Under the pieces are notes generated by a model. The model was not told the origin of the DNA. It saw nothing but the letters and a program-made list of their open reading frames with translations, and ran no database searches. The position numbers were made by a program, and so were the translations under genes. Shown here piece by piece: positions 50,226 through 64,000 of a DNA stretch of 64,000 nt. The stretch lies in NCBI RefSeq assembly GCF_001194135.2, contig NC_068982.1:4267682-4331681 (forward strand), read 5' to 3'. Within the stretch, counting starts at the first letter, position 1; each line of letters starts with the position of its first letter. Origin of the DNA: Octopus bimaculoides (Eukaryota).

Positions 50226-50260
<35 letters not shown>

Positions 50261-51172
50261 NNNNNNNNNNNNNNNNNNNNNNNNNNNNNNNNNNNNNNNN
50301 NNNNNNNNNNNNNNNNNNNNNNNNNNNNNNNNNNNNNNNNNNNNNNNNNNNNNNNNNNNNNNNNNNNNNNNNNNNNNNNNNNNNNNNNNNNNNNNNNNNN
50401 NNNNNNNNNNNNNNNNNNNNNNNNNNNNNNNNNNNNNNNNNNNNNNNNNNNNNNNNNNNNNNNNNNNNNNNNNNNNNNNNNNNNNNNNNNNNNNNNNNNN
50501 NNNNNNNNNNNNNNNNNNNNNNNNNNNNNNNNNNNNNNNNNNNNNNNNNNNNNNNNNNNNNNNNNNNNNNNNNNNNNNNNNNNNNNNNNNNNNNNNNNNN
50601 NNNNNNNNNNNNNNNNNNNNNNNNNNNNNNNNNNNNNNNNNNNNNNNNNNNNNNNNNNNNNNNNNNNNNNNNNNNNNNNNNNNNNNNNNNNNNNNNNNNN
50701 NNNNNNNNNNNNNNNNNNNNNNNNNNNNNNNNNNNNNNNNNNNNNNNNNNNNNNNNNNNNNNNNNNNNNNNNNNNNNNNNNNNNNNNNNNNNNNNNNNNN
50801 NNNNNNNNNNNNNNNNNNNNNNNNNNNNNNNNNNNNNNNNNNNNNNNNNNNNNNNNNNNNNNNNNNNNNNNNNNNNNNNNNNNNNNNNNNNNNNNNNNNN
50901 NNNNNNNNNNNNNNNNNNNNNNNNNNNNNNNNNNNNNNNNNNNNNNNNNNNNNNNNNNNNNNNNNNNNNNNNNNNNNNNNNNNNNNNNNNNNNNNNNNNN
51001 NNNNNNNNNNNNNNNNNNNNNNNNNNNNNNNNNNNNNNNNNNNNNNNNNNNNNNNNNNNNNNNNNNNNNNNNNNNNNNNNNNNNNNNNNNNNNNNNNNNN
51101 NNNNNNNNNNNNNNNNNNNNNNNNNNNNNNNNNNNNNNNNNNNNNNNNNNNNNNNNNNNNNNNNNNNNNNNN

Positions 51173-52100
51173 CATGACCGAGCATGTCTTACGTTTTACT
51201 CATTTTACAAATTAATTTTCCCCATTGAAATTAACTAAAATATAATTAAATCCGTTCCAGCCCCTCAAAACCACCCCAAAATAATTTTTATGGGTTTTAA
51301 AACAGAAAAGGTATAGTTACAAGTAAAATGACGATTATAAAACAAGAGAATGCATAAGAAATATGTAAACTGGTTTTATAAACTGAATTATTTTAAACAC
51401 GGGACGATTTGTGCGCGAGGAATACGATAGAGCGGGGAGGAGGTGGATTACAGTTTGGAAGGAGATTCTCCTTTCATTAAGACTTCAGGAAGAACAATTT
51501 CTGGCGTTTTCTCTCTCACGTCTCTTAATTTAAGCTTTTTGGATACACTTTCTTCACTTTTCACACTTACAGGTCGTTTCATTAGAAACATACCAAGAGA
51601 AATCTGCTTTTTCCTGCCTTTCAAAATGATACGAAAATGCGCCAGACCAGAGCCATTAAATAAAACAGCTGCACGAGCTGTAGCTATTTTTTCAGGGTAA
51701 TAGTTTTTTATGAATTCAGAAACATACTGTCACTTCGCCAACACTACCTTTATGTCACTCGTAGAGATAGCATTCTCCGGAACACTGTCTTCCCCAGGGG
51801 AATCAATCTCTTCCACCGCAGTACTGTCTTTTATGCTAACCTTCTTAGGACCCATGGCTAACACATCTGATTATCATAGAATAACAGCAAAAAATGCACA
51901 AAACCACTGAGGAAAACACAACAGGGATGCTAATAGAACGAGATAAACACGTGAATTTAGCGAGGGGAGACTGCGCTTTTGGGGGGAGCGTGTGAGAGCT
52001 CAGCTCCGACTAGCGGTCGCTTGTATGAAACTCACTCGTACTGCGGATTTCCTCTTGTAATTCAAGACAGAATTTTGCACGTATGAATTTATGCAAATAT
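51173..52100 (-). mobile_element. Tigger/pogo-type non-autonomous deletion derivative
   Basis: MGPKKVSIKDS joined to the C-terminal AHFRIILKGRKKQISLGMFL...GESPSKL; terminal block tttcccattgaaatt...tccgttccagcccc. Confidence 0.75.
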
Positions 52101-52983
52101 ACGTATGTGTTAGTTCTTGATAATAAAATACTGCCACTTAATTTAAATGTGGTATGCCATAACTCGAATACATATTGACTTTTGCTATAGGCATGACGAA
52201 TCCTACAACAATGCAGAGCCGGGGAAAACTCGTATAATTCCATAATAATTCCATAATAAGTACTGATAACAACGTCTCTTAATAAATTTCGCCATACCCC
52301 AATACGTACTCAAAAATAAATAAACTATTCTAATATAAATATATGAAAATATAGATGTACAGAATGTTCATATCGAAAGCTGGTATAATCAACATAATAA
52401 TAGGTAAGGATGAAAAGAGATGCCGACAGATAAATTATCCAAACTTTAGGCCATTCACACATGCACGAGGAAAATATACTAGCTAAGTAGTACTGTATAT
52501 ATGTATATNNNNNNNNNNNNNNNNNNNNNNNNNNNNNNNNNNNNNNNNNNNNNNNNNNNNNNNNNNNNNNNNNNNNNNNNNNNNNNNNNNNNNNNNNNNN
52601 NNNNNNNNNNNNNNNNNNNNNNNNNNNNNNNNNNNNNNNNNNNNNNNNNNNNNNNNNNNNNNNNNNNNNNNNNNNNNNNNNNNNNNNNNNNNNNNNNNNN
52701 NNNNNNNNNNNNNNNNNNNNNNNNNNNNNNNNNNNNNNNNNNNNNNNNNNNNNNNNNNNNNNNNNNNNNNNNNNNNNNNNNNNNNNNNNNNNNNNNNNNN
52801 NNNNNNNNNNNNGTGTACATAAAGCGTAATATCTATATATGATATAAAACAAAAAGAACAAAATATGCTGCACATGACCAAAGTATACGTCTCTTCATTC
52901 GACTTTGCCGGAAAAACTTCCAATAAAAAGAAAATTAATGGAGCAATAGCAAAAATAATATTAAGACTTCTTGCAGTAAAAGC

Positions 52984-52984
<1 letters not shown>

Positions 52985-53063
<79 letters not shown>
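52985..53063. repeat. (AAT)n microsatellite
   Basis: Direct reading. Confidence 0.98.
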
Positions 53064-53066
<3 letters not shown>

Positions 53067-53520
53067 TAAAATTATAAAAAGACTATGGAATGATAATAGA
53101 TATCCTGGAGTCGATATTGGAAACAGATATACTCACCATAATAAGACCCTGGGTAAGAATATAATAACATAAGCCTATAAATCCTCGGAATCCGTAGAAT
53201 TCGCACAAATGGAATTAAAGAAAAAGCAGGTATCAATATAAAGAACGTGTGCCGTCAATACATTTGCAGTGGTAGCCATAAAACATGTCTGTGTGGTATT
53301 GAAATAGAGAGCAACGGATCTAAATTACATAGACAAGAAATCTGCTAAAAATACAGTTATTACGACAGAATATGCCCGATTTACTAGACGTGAAGGTGGT
53401 AGGAGACTATTGAGACACAGAGAATAATATCAGAAGTGCAGTTAGTAATGTTGCAGCATACATTTGCTATTCAGAGGAAGGTTTGCTACGTATCCTTGTT
53501 GGTTATGATCTGAAAATGAT
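53064..53520 (+). pseudogene. Decayed R4/Dong-like RT C-terminal fragment adjoining (AAT)n
   Basis: YPGVDI..., AVNTFAVVAIK, RREGGRRL approximate the YKYLGI, INTWAV and RKEGGRGL motifs. Confidence 0.5.
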
Positions 53521-53749
53521 AGGAAATCGATTATATCCACAGCAAACAAAATTCTCAAGGGAAATTCGGTGGAACTTCAGGCTGTTAGAATCTAAACCCG
53601 AAGCAGCAGCAGCAGCAAAAATGGACATCCTGATGAAGATCCTTAGTGGACAACCGTAAAAAAAGTACGTTTACATGGCTAATATTCCTGCGATATGACT
53701 TAGATAATTCATATCACGTGATCGACAAGACTATCGGATGTTGTTATAC

Positions 53750-53960
53750 ATCACTGGTCACGATGCGCTTTTCATCGTTTTAGCTTTCGAATGATACCAT
53801 CACACTGATCGGAAGGCTAGTTCAGTGTAGGGTGACCTATTAACAGCTGAGTGGACTGGATCAACGTGAAATGAAGTGTTTTGTTCAAGAACACGACGCC
53901 TCGCTCGTTCCGGGATCGAACCCCCGATCTAGTAACACCCTATCCAGTAGGCTACGCGCC
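53750..53960 (-). mobile_element. SINE family C
   Basis: Minus strand gggttcgatcccggaacga...gtgttcttgaacaaaacacttcatttcacgttgatccagtccactcagctg. Confidence 0.75.
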
Positions 53961-54421
53961 TTTACAGATACTTCCTATAGAAATACAAAATATACCTCTG
54001 TCCGGATGCGCACACCCAGCTTGAATGGACAAAAGATACAAAATATTTTCACGATACAACAACAGACCCTCACCGTTAAATGTATTAAAATCATCGCCAG
54101 TTTCCCTCAGTAAGCTCCATATGAACAACAGCAAGAATTACTTGGGAAGACAACAACGTTCCAAAGTTGCTCTACAAATCAAATTTTAACTCCAGGAATA
54201 AAATACTTCTCCCATCGCCTCAAGAAAAGAAAACTCTATCGTGCTGTATGGACCATCGTGTACTTTAGATGAATAACGAAATGAAGACATTATTGAACGT
54301 TCAGACCATCAGGTGACATTATAAAAATCTAGCATCATTTTCCATAACAAAAATGACATAGCTAAAGCAAATGGTTATAAAGTTGTGGAGAAGTGAGCTG
54401 AGAGACAAAGAAATATGGAGA

Positions 54422-54478
<57 letters not shown>

Positions 54479-54497
54479 AATAATAATAATAATAATG

Positions 54498-54555
<58 letters not shown>
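54422..54555. repeat. Compound (GAT)n-(AAT)n microsatellite
   Basis: Direct reading. Confidence 0.98.
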
Positions 54556-54556
<1 letters not shown>

Positions 54557-54599
54557 TCTTGCTATTATAGGCATAAGACCTGAATTTTGAGGGAAAGCA

Positions 54600-55034
54600 T
54601 TTATTTTACCGACCTCCAAATGCAAAAGAATAGGAAACCAGACATAGTGTTAATTGAAAAAGAAAGCAAACGATGCTGGATCATAGATATAGCATGCCCT
54701 GCTGACAACAAGGTATGCGATGAGGAAGAAAGAAAAGTCAATAGATATGACAGGTTAGCTTGGGAGGTTAAGCAGTTGTGGTCGGGGAAAAAGGTAGCGG
54801 TAGTACCAATAATTGTCGGAGCCCTGGGAAGAATGAGTAAAAATCTTGAGAAAGACATGGAACAGATAAGGTCTGCAATAAAGGTGGAGCACTTACAGAA
54901 AACAGCACTGCCTGGAACCGCTCGAATACTCCGGATGGTGCTCGAAAAATAAGGGGTGTTACCTTAGTTTAATGGTAGTGAGCAACTGACACCGTAGTAC
55001 ATCTCCAGCGTTAGAAGCTGTGCAAAGACAATAA

Positions 55035-55035
<1 letters not shown>
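54600..55035 (+). mobile_element. 5'-truncated R4/Dong-like element 3' end (RLE domain, 3' UTR, (TAA)n tail)
   Basis: RKPDIVLIEKESKRCWIIDIACPAD...KVNRYDRLAWEVKQLW...VVPIIVGALG...LQKTALPGTARILRMVLE*, open to the stop at 54952. Confidence 0.9.
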
Positions 55036-55068
<33 letters not shown>

Positions 55069-55096
55069 GTAATAGCACGTGATAAAAGTAAGACTA

Positions 55097-55172
<76 letters not shown>

Positions 55173-55180
55173 TTTTGTAA
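55036..55180. repeat. (AAT)n microsatellites
   Basis: Direct reading; two tracts. Confidence 0.95.
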
Positions 55181-55339
55181 AACCTTTTGAAACCCTGAAA
55201 ACCGGTAAAGCTACACAAATCAATGAAAGCGTATGCTATCTCGTATAAAATACAAGATTCCTTGAGAGAAAAAAAAAAGAGAAACAGAAATGGCCACGCA
55301 TACAATAAATGAACCTTCACGACACAATGAAAATATAGC

Positions 55340-55390
<51 letters not shown>

Positions 55391-56734
55391 GGAAATAAGA
55401 TTTGTACCCAAGGAATACCCAGCCATAACAAAAATATGCTCTTGACACCAAAGGCTTCAAATTATTGTACTTGATTGTAATTGATTATCATTTCATCTTC
55501 CGGAGAAGAAAGAAAATCATTGAAGCTCAACGCGAAAATAAAAGACGTACCTCGAGGGAAAGATTTACAGAAGTTAAAAACAACAGATAATTGAAAAGAA
55601 AACGTATGCTAAAGAATGCTAAAGAAAGAGAAAACCTCTTTTATTCACATTCAATCTTCTGCAAAAGTTAGTAATGAAAAGAGCGGTGAGCTAACATAAA
55701 AGCCTGCAATAGTTCAAAGTCTCTAGATTTCGAGTAAATACGAAAAGGTTCGAAATTAATTGCACATGATCAAAGTCTAGTCATAAGATAAGTACGGAAA
55801 TACAATAATAATACAAGAGACTAGCAGAAACAAGAGATAGTGCAAACCATATAAAGACGCTTAACCACAGTCTTTCTGACCGACAAGGGAGGTAATTTTA
55901 TTTGTTATTGTTTAGATATTTTCACATCAAATCTAAGTATAAAGTGAGAGCTATCTGTCAAAAATGCCAAGGAAATTAAAGCGAACCGTCTAGAAACTAG
56001 AAAGACAAAAAAAAAAAAAAATGACTAGAAAGAAAGCAAAATTAACTGAGTTATCTCGTTCCCTTTGAACCAAAACATCGTTGCAAATAGATTTGAAAAT
56101 ATACAAGAGAACCGCAATACGATGAAAAGTCAGATGTCGTCATTGTAGAGATGATGAAAACGAAAGGAACCGAAAATATAAAATACCATACGCGACCTGA
56201 AAAGCACAGGAACATATTCTATGCAATGCATTTTCAGAATAGTAACACAATTCACACAATACTTAATCTACGCCAGTTCAACAGAGTGAAAATACAACAA
56301 TAAGAGCAACAAAAGAATTCCACAAATATGGTGTCTTATGCAACACAAAATGACAGTGGTGAACGTGCTGGGCACGAAACCCTTTCACTAGTGACTTATC
56401 GATTCTCCTACTATGACTTAGTATAACGAAACATAGAACTACGGGTACATATTGCTTACCCATTATTTAAACAATAATTTACTGCTCAAATCTAAAACTG
56501 AAATATTCCTCTTTGCAAAAATAGTTGCAAATGTTACATAACGCTTCCTAACATTCTTTTGTTTTATTGTTTATTCTTAATTAGATATGGCGGCTCAAAT
56601 AAGACCTGAACAAATTGTAACATTGAAAATATCTAGGATAAAGAATTGTCACGTGATAAAACAGTTGAGAAAAATTTAAGGATTATGGTGAAAGCAAAGA
56701 GTGGCCATTTTGAATTAAAATTAGACGTAAAATA

Positions 56735-57161
56735 TTTTTACTCTTTTTACTCTTTTACTTGTTTCAGTCATTTGACTGTGGCCATGCTGGAGCACCGCCT
56801 TTAGTCGAGCAAATCGACCCCAGAACTTATTCCTTGTAAGCCTAGTACTTATTCAATCGGTCTCTCTTGCCGAACCGCTAAGTAACGGGGACGTAAACAC
56901 ACCACCATTAGTTGTCATGTGATGTTGGGGTAACAAACAGACGCCCTCACCCCACACATATATATATATCTATATCTATATATATATATATATATACAAC
57001 AGGCTTCTTTCAGTTTCTGTCTACCAAATCCACTCACAAGGCTTTGGTCGGCCCGAGGCTATAACAGAAGACAATTTGCCCAAGGTGCCACGCAGTGGGA
57101 CTGAACTCGGAACCATGTGGTTCTTAAGAAAGCTACTTAACACACACCCACTCCTACGCCT
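56735..57161 (-). mobile_element. SINE family B, full length
   Basis: Head, ccttgggcaa block, internal (TA)n, Meta-like block and (gtaaaaga)n tail are all present. Confidence 0.92.
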
Positions 57162-57753
57162 ATTGTCAATAAATTCAACAAACAACCTGTAAACGTTTAT
57201 TAATCACAACCTAAAACCTTTTATTTTATGATAAAATGCATAATAAGTAACTACATATATGATACATCCGGTAGTTTTTATTTGCAATTTCATTCTTTGT
57301 AAAAACTAAAGATTATTATGTCATTAATCAAATTTTAAAATCTCGAGTTATGTCGTTGTTGAAGAGTTCAGAAAGAGGACGAAATAGTACTATCCACGGC
57401 TACCAGAGATTTTAAGGACTTTAGCGCATGAAAACATAAAATAATTATATGGAAATATATGTATAGCCTCTTCACTCTTTGATAATGATTTTATGTAAGA
57501 AAATTAAACTTAGAAGTGATTCTCTCCCCTTAAATAGCAATCTTCAGCGTTTCCAGCACTTGTATTTTGTCATTCTCGTCCGTCGTTTATGCCTACCAAA
57601 CAACCGGTACAAATATATGGTGTGCAACGCTAAGTATAACCAAACTTCTGGTAGGCTGTGTTTGACGCTCGATTTCGCAATCGTTTTCTTGTTAAAGTAC
57701 GAGTTCATCCCTGACTAATGATCAACGGTATTCTAGTTATGAACATCTGGTCT

Positions 57754-57802
<49 letters not shown>

Positions 57803-57951
57803 CACACACGCACGTACACATGTATATACGTATGTATATATGTATGTATGTATGTATGCATGCATGTATGTATGTATGTAACTATGTAGATTTTTATGCA
57901 TGTATGACATTGTTCAGTATATAAAAAAATAGCCTCATTTTTGATATTTTC

Positions 57952-58000
<49 letters not shown>

Positions 58001-58619
58001 ATTTATCATAACTATGATAATACTTTTATCATAACTTTTAATTATTTTGATAAAACTAAATGAGTATTGTATGTAGCACGGAATTTTGTCAGTGAACAGA
58101 TCACGGTCCCAAAGCGACGAAAATATTTTGACAAATTAAATTTAAATGTTGAAGTGAATCTAAGGATTTTTGTGTGTTTTTGAAATGGTTTATAAACATC
58201 TTCCATGTTGCAACTGTTTTTGTTTCGGCATACGATCTCTGATCAGGTCACTTGCTATGCAAGTACATCTCCGTAGTATTTTACTAATGCTCTTGAGAAA
58301 GTTATGAGCTTCACTGAATTTCGTTTCACAACCACGTTAATCAGAATCCCACTTCCAACATAAAAAAAAAGTAAGGTAGAGTTGAATTCCATTCATCCTA
58401 GACACTCGCGTGAATATAATTGGTTAAGAGGACAGTAAAATTGTTTTGTTATGTTGTTTTGAAAGGTTACAAGTCTCGAGCGATGAAACCTTAGGAGAAT
58501 TGTTTATTAAGATTAATGAAATCTAAAGAAAACGAATTTAAAGTAAAAATGAAATTGAAGTATTCATAACATATCTCAACTTGGGGACAGCGGAATGCAC
58601 GACTAAACAATAATATGAC

Positions 58620-60430
<1,811 letters not shown>

Positions 60431-61204
60431 GTGTGTGAGTGTGTCAGCCTCTGTGCACGTACCATTGTTTTCATAATCCTTTCCCCGTCCTTCTGCATGG
60501 ATTGGACAACTGGAACACCTTGTGGCTCTGAATTATCCGTTGCAGAACATCGGGCGAATCACTTGCCTCTCAGTTTCTTTCCGTGCTATGCAAACCTACC
60601 GCCTGGTTTCTCTTCTAGCAACTTGATACTCTTTGTTCCTCTCCCCTTTCTTCTAATCTTTCCAGGCTTTTTTTTTTTAGCTTTTACATTCCTATCTCTG
60701 GTAATATTCCATTGATATGTTACCATTCATCTGGATGGAATTTTGCTACGACCGCCGATCTGGCTTCTAACTTTCAACAAGATGTCTCCCAGTACTTTAT
60801 ATTATAGGTCTTTATTGCCTTCATCTTCTAAAATCGCTCGGAATCTCTGCTTAGAAGAAAGATGCTTTGGTTTCCATATTTTTATAATATGAATACTTTT
60901 TTTTTACTGTTTAGCTTTTATTCTGAAGGCACAAACCACTAGTCCATCTTATTTGGTGCATTCTTCATCAAGGAAAAACATAATATTCCCAACCATCTTT
61001 CGGATCTTTCTGATTTGGCGGGCGCCACTTGTTTTCTTAACGAAACACTTTCAAACTTGGGACACTGGTAGAATGTGTCATATAAAACATCTTTTACTCT
61101 TAGTTTTATTGAGAAAATTTTATCTTTTTAAAGTTATTTCGTGCTAAAATTGTCGTATTTCGGTAATTTCAACCAATCACTGACGTCTATTGAGGTGAAA
61201 ACAA

Positions 61205-62460
61205 TTACTGCTGTGAATTGTCAACAAAACGTTGTGCGGTGTAATGGGATCTTGTCACTATACTTCTCACACGTGTCTTCCATACTGTTTCTTTCAGTGT
61301 GGCTACTACGCAGAAAAAGGAAGCATTCCTTTCCCTGTTGAGGGAAAGGGGCGGCACAATCTTGATAATAGACTCAGTTGATAGCTGTACTCTTCCCATC
61401 GTTGACAACGGTTGCTCGACAAAAGCTATCAGGCCCTATAAATCCGGACATTTCACGAAGGCGTGCAAGACAGTTTCTCTGTCCCGCCCGCATCTTGAGC
61501 ATGTCGGCGAGACGGCACTTCCGTGCCTCGACAAGCCAGGGATTTTTTTTTTGGTGGGGGAAGAGCGTGTTACTTGTAGGATATTAATTGTATCTTCTCT
61601 GTTAAACAACCTGGGCGGCCATCACCCACGCGGCATCAACCTCCGGCGGTACCTCTGTTACCCTGACACGAGACATGTGTCGCCCCATATACGTTGGTAG
61701 AAGTACCACTTCTTTTGTCTTCAACGGGCTCGCGGGCAAAGTGCTCGTGGGCCACCTCTGTTGTTCTGAATCTGGCTTCTGTTGTGCCAAATTTCCTTCC
61801 TCTTGTTACATAGCTAATATGGGTGCCAGACATTTTTCAATTTTATTCTGTTCCATATGTTTCATTTTTCTTTCTTCTGGGAAGAACGTTTTGAATAGAA
61901 TTGTCTTTCTTATCTCTTCTGTTGTGTTGGTGGGAGGTGATATTTTTTACTTCACCCTCCTCCTCTGTCATTCTTTGAAACATTTCTTGGAGTTCCCCCA
62001 ATGGGATCTCCAGACTTTCCATTTGTACGGCGGCGACTGCCGCAAAGCCTTTGTTGACTTGCTTTGGAGGCGGGTTAGTCTCCAAAGCCTCACACTCTTC
62101 GAGAGAGCATTTTTCTCTTATCATCTCCACCGACATTTCGGTCGAGATAAATTAGCAGAAAACATACGAACAAAAAAAAAAAAACAAACAAAAAAAAAAA
62201 ACACAGTTCCAAGATATTTTTTGGGGGCAATCAATAAGTTCAAATCCTATCCCTGTCAGCTCAATGAAGCCCAAAACGGCTGAAAAAAACAGTTCTTTTT
62301 TTCCAAAGGAAAAATTATAGGAATCCGTTCCTTTTTTTTGTTCTGTTCAAAAAATTACTTCCTCTCAAGAGAAACAACAGTTCAAACCCCTCCCTCGTCA
62401 GCAGGCGGAGGGGCGAGGCTCAAATAAAGAGACTAAAATGTCTGAATACAGTTTTTCTTT
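61205..62460 (-). mobile_element. Tx1/L1-group LINE: 5' UTR, ORF1 part, and ORF2 C-terminal CCHC
   Basis: ATG at 62136 (MSVEMIREK...), LKTKEVVLLPTYMGR, then CSRCGRDRETVLHAFVKCPD; EN and RT absent. Confidence 0.8.
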
Positions 62461-62940
62461 NNNNNNNNNNNNNNNNNNNNNNNNNNNNNNNNNNNNNNNN
62501 NNNNNNNNNNNNNNNNNNNNNNNNNNNNNNNNNNNNNNNNNNNNNNNNNNNNNNNNNNNNNNNNNNNNNNNNNNNNNNNNNNNNNNNNNNNNNNNNNNNN
62601 NNNNNNNNNNNNNNNNNNNNNNNNNNNNNNNNNNNNNNNNNNNNNNNNNNNNNNNNNNNNNNNNNNNNNNNNNNNNNNNNNNNNNNNNNNNNNNNNNNNN
62701 NNNNNNNNNNNNNNNNNNNNNNNNNNNNNNNNNNNNNNNNNNNNNNNNNNNNNNNNNNNNNNNNNNNNNNNNNNNNNNNNNNNNNNNNNNNNNNNNNNNN
62801 NNNNNNNNNNNNNNNNNNNNNNNNNNNNNNNNNNNNNNNNNNNNNNNNNNNNNNNNNNNNNNNNNNNNNNNNNNNNNNNNNNNNNNNNNNNNNNNNNNNN
62901 NNNNNNNNNNNNNNNNNNNNNNNNNNNNNNNNNNNNNNNN

Positions 62941-62975
<35 letters not shown>

Positions 62976-63129
62976 GAATAGAAAGGATGAATTAAATAAA
63001 ATGAAAGATGAAATGAAGCCGGTCGGCCCCACATCCGAGCGACTTCACTGAACCTGTTAATAAAACGTTATTTATTTATTTATTTATCTTTTTTAACACC
63101 TAGTTTATGACACAATTATTAGCGACAGC

Positions 63130-63592
63130 TTGGCAGTAGCTATCTCCAGAAACCGGACCTCCACTTTTCCAAATGTTCTACCTCTGGCGAGGCAGGTAAT
63201 TCCCTGCAAGATTGGTCCCTAAGTGCTTTTTCTATTTGAGCCGTTGACATGATCTCAATCTTCCTGGCTGCCACCGAGTACGTTCTGTAAATTATTGTCT
63301 TCTCCCTTTTTTCTTTTAAAACTTCTTTGGGGTGGAGGCAACACCTTCACTTCGTTCCCCTCCCTTTCAATCATTCCCTTGAACTTGCCCACATCCTCCA
63401 GCCTCACGTCTTCGCTTCTTTCTTTCGTCACCTCCGCATAATTCTTCGTCTCTGTTGCTTCATCAATCTTCTTCAAACACTCCACCATTTCTTCCTCAGA
63501 CGATACAAAGTCTAAAGAAGAACAATTCAAGCCTTCACAATTCCTCACCCGACGCCCCTCCATTAAACAAGAGGGAAAACATCGCACCGCCA
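63130..63592 (-). pseudogene. Diverged Tx1-type ORF1 fragment
   Basis: EGNEVK...DNNLQNVL and ITCLARGRTFGKVEVRF align with EEGEVK...DNSIQNVL and ISYVTRGRKFGTTEARF of the 61.6-62.1 kb copy. Confidence 0.65.
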
Positions 63593-64000
63593 NNNNNNNN
63601 NNAAATATATATATATATTAATATATAATATATATTATATATATTATATAATTATTATATATAATATATATTATATACATTATATATTATACATATATTA
63701 TATATATATACACACACACACACGCACTCACACACACACATACACATTTCATATCTTAACGATACTATATTCTAAGTACATTAAATCTTGGGTATTTTAA
63801 CACCTGCTGTTTGTGAATAATCCATCCATCCATCCATCCATCCATCCATCCATCCATCCATCTATATATATATGTATATGCATGTATATGTATGTATATA
63901 TATGTGTGTATATATATATATATATTTGTTTATGTATATATACGTATATATATGTATATAAATATATATATATATATATACCTATATATATATATATATA

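Noticed and set aside
53625-53665. CTGATGA with a TCC/GGA hairpin
   Set aside because: GAAA box absent and no stem I
54100-54300. RTE C-terminal fragment (ITWEDNNVPKLLY)
   Set aside because: Similarity too short and weak to support
60480-60720. Possible Penelope GIY-YIG end (SVAEHRANH)
   Set aside because: Only a 5-residue resemblance; no flanking motifs or HHR

Overview
AT-rich, gap-riddled eukaryotic repeat landscape. The SINE families look like those I recall from Octopus genomes, so an octopod cephalopod is inferred, not proven. No host protein-coding gene can be supported. Most listed ORFs are artefacts of microsatellites or N-gaps. Supported content: decayed DNA transposons (full-length mariner, two maT-like Tc1/mariner, Tigger-like, Chapaev-like, MITEs), LINE remnants (RTE, CR1-group, Tx1/L1, four R4/Dong-like RLE fragments, a Penelope-like GIY-YIG remnant), three tRNA-derived SINE families and many microsatellites. 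The main discovery is about ten type I hammerhead-ribozyme (HHR)-like motifs with palindromic stem III, read by eye. Five belong to one non-coding ~340-350 nt repeat family. It occurs as a tandem dimer (14.7-15.2 kb), permuted 1.25-mers (18.1-18.5 kb, 49.5-49.9 kb) and a fold-back insertion with an 11-bp target-site duplication (3.1-3.5 kb). Stems I and III and a second hairpin covary between copies, and most copies have an unusual A·A or C·A pair closing stem II. This is consistent with a retrozyme-like / Penelope-dependent element. Self-cleavage has not been tested and several copies carry core mutations. All structures were derived manually; no folding or database search was run.
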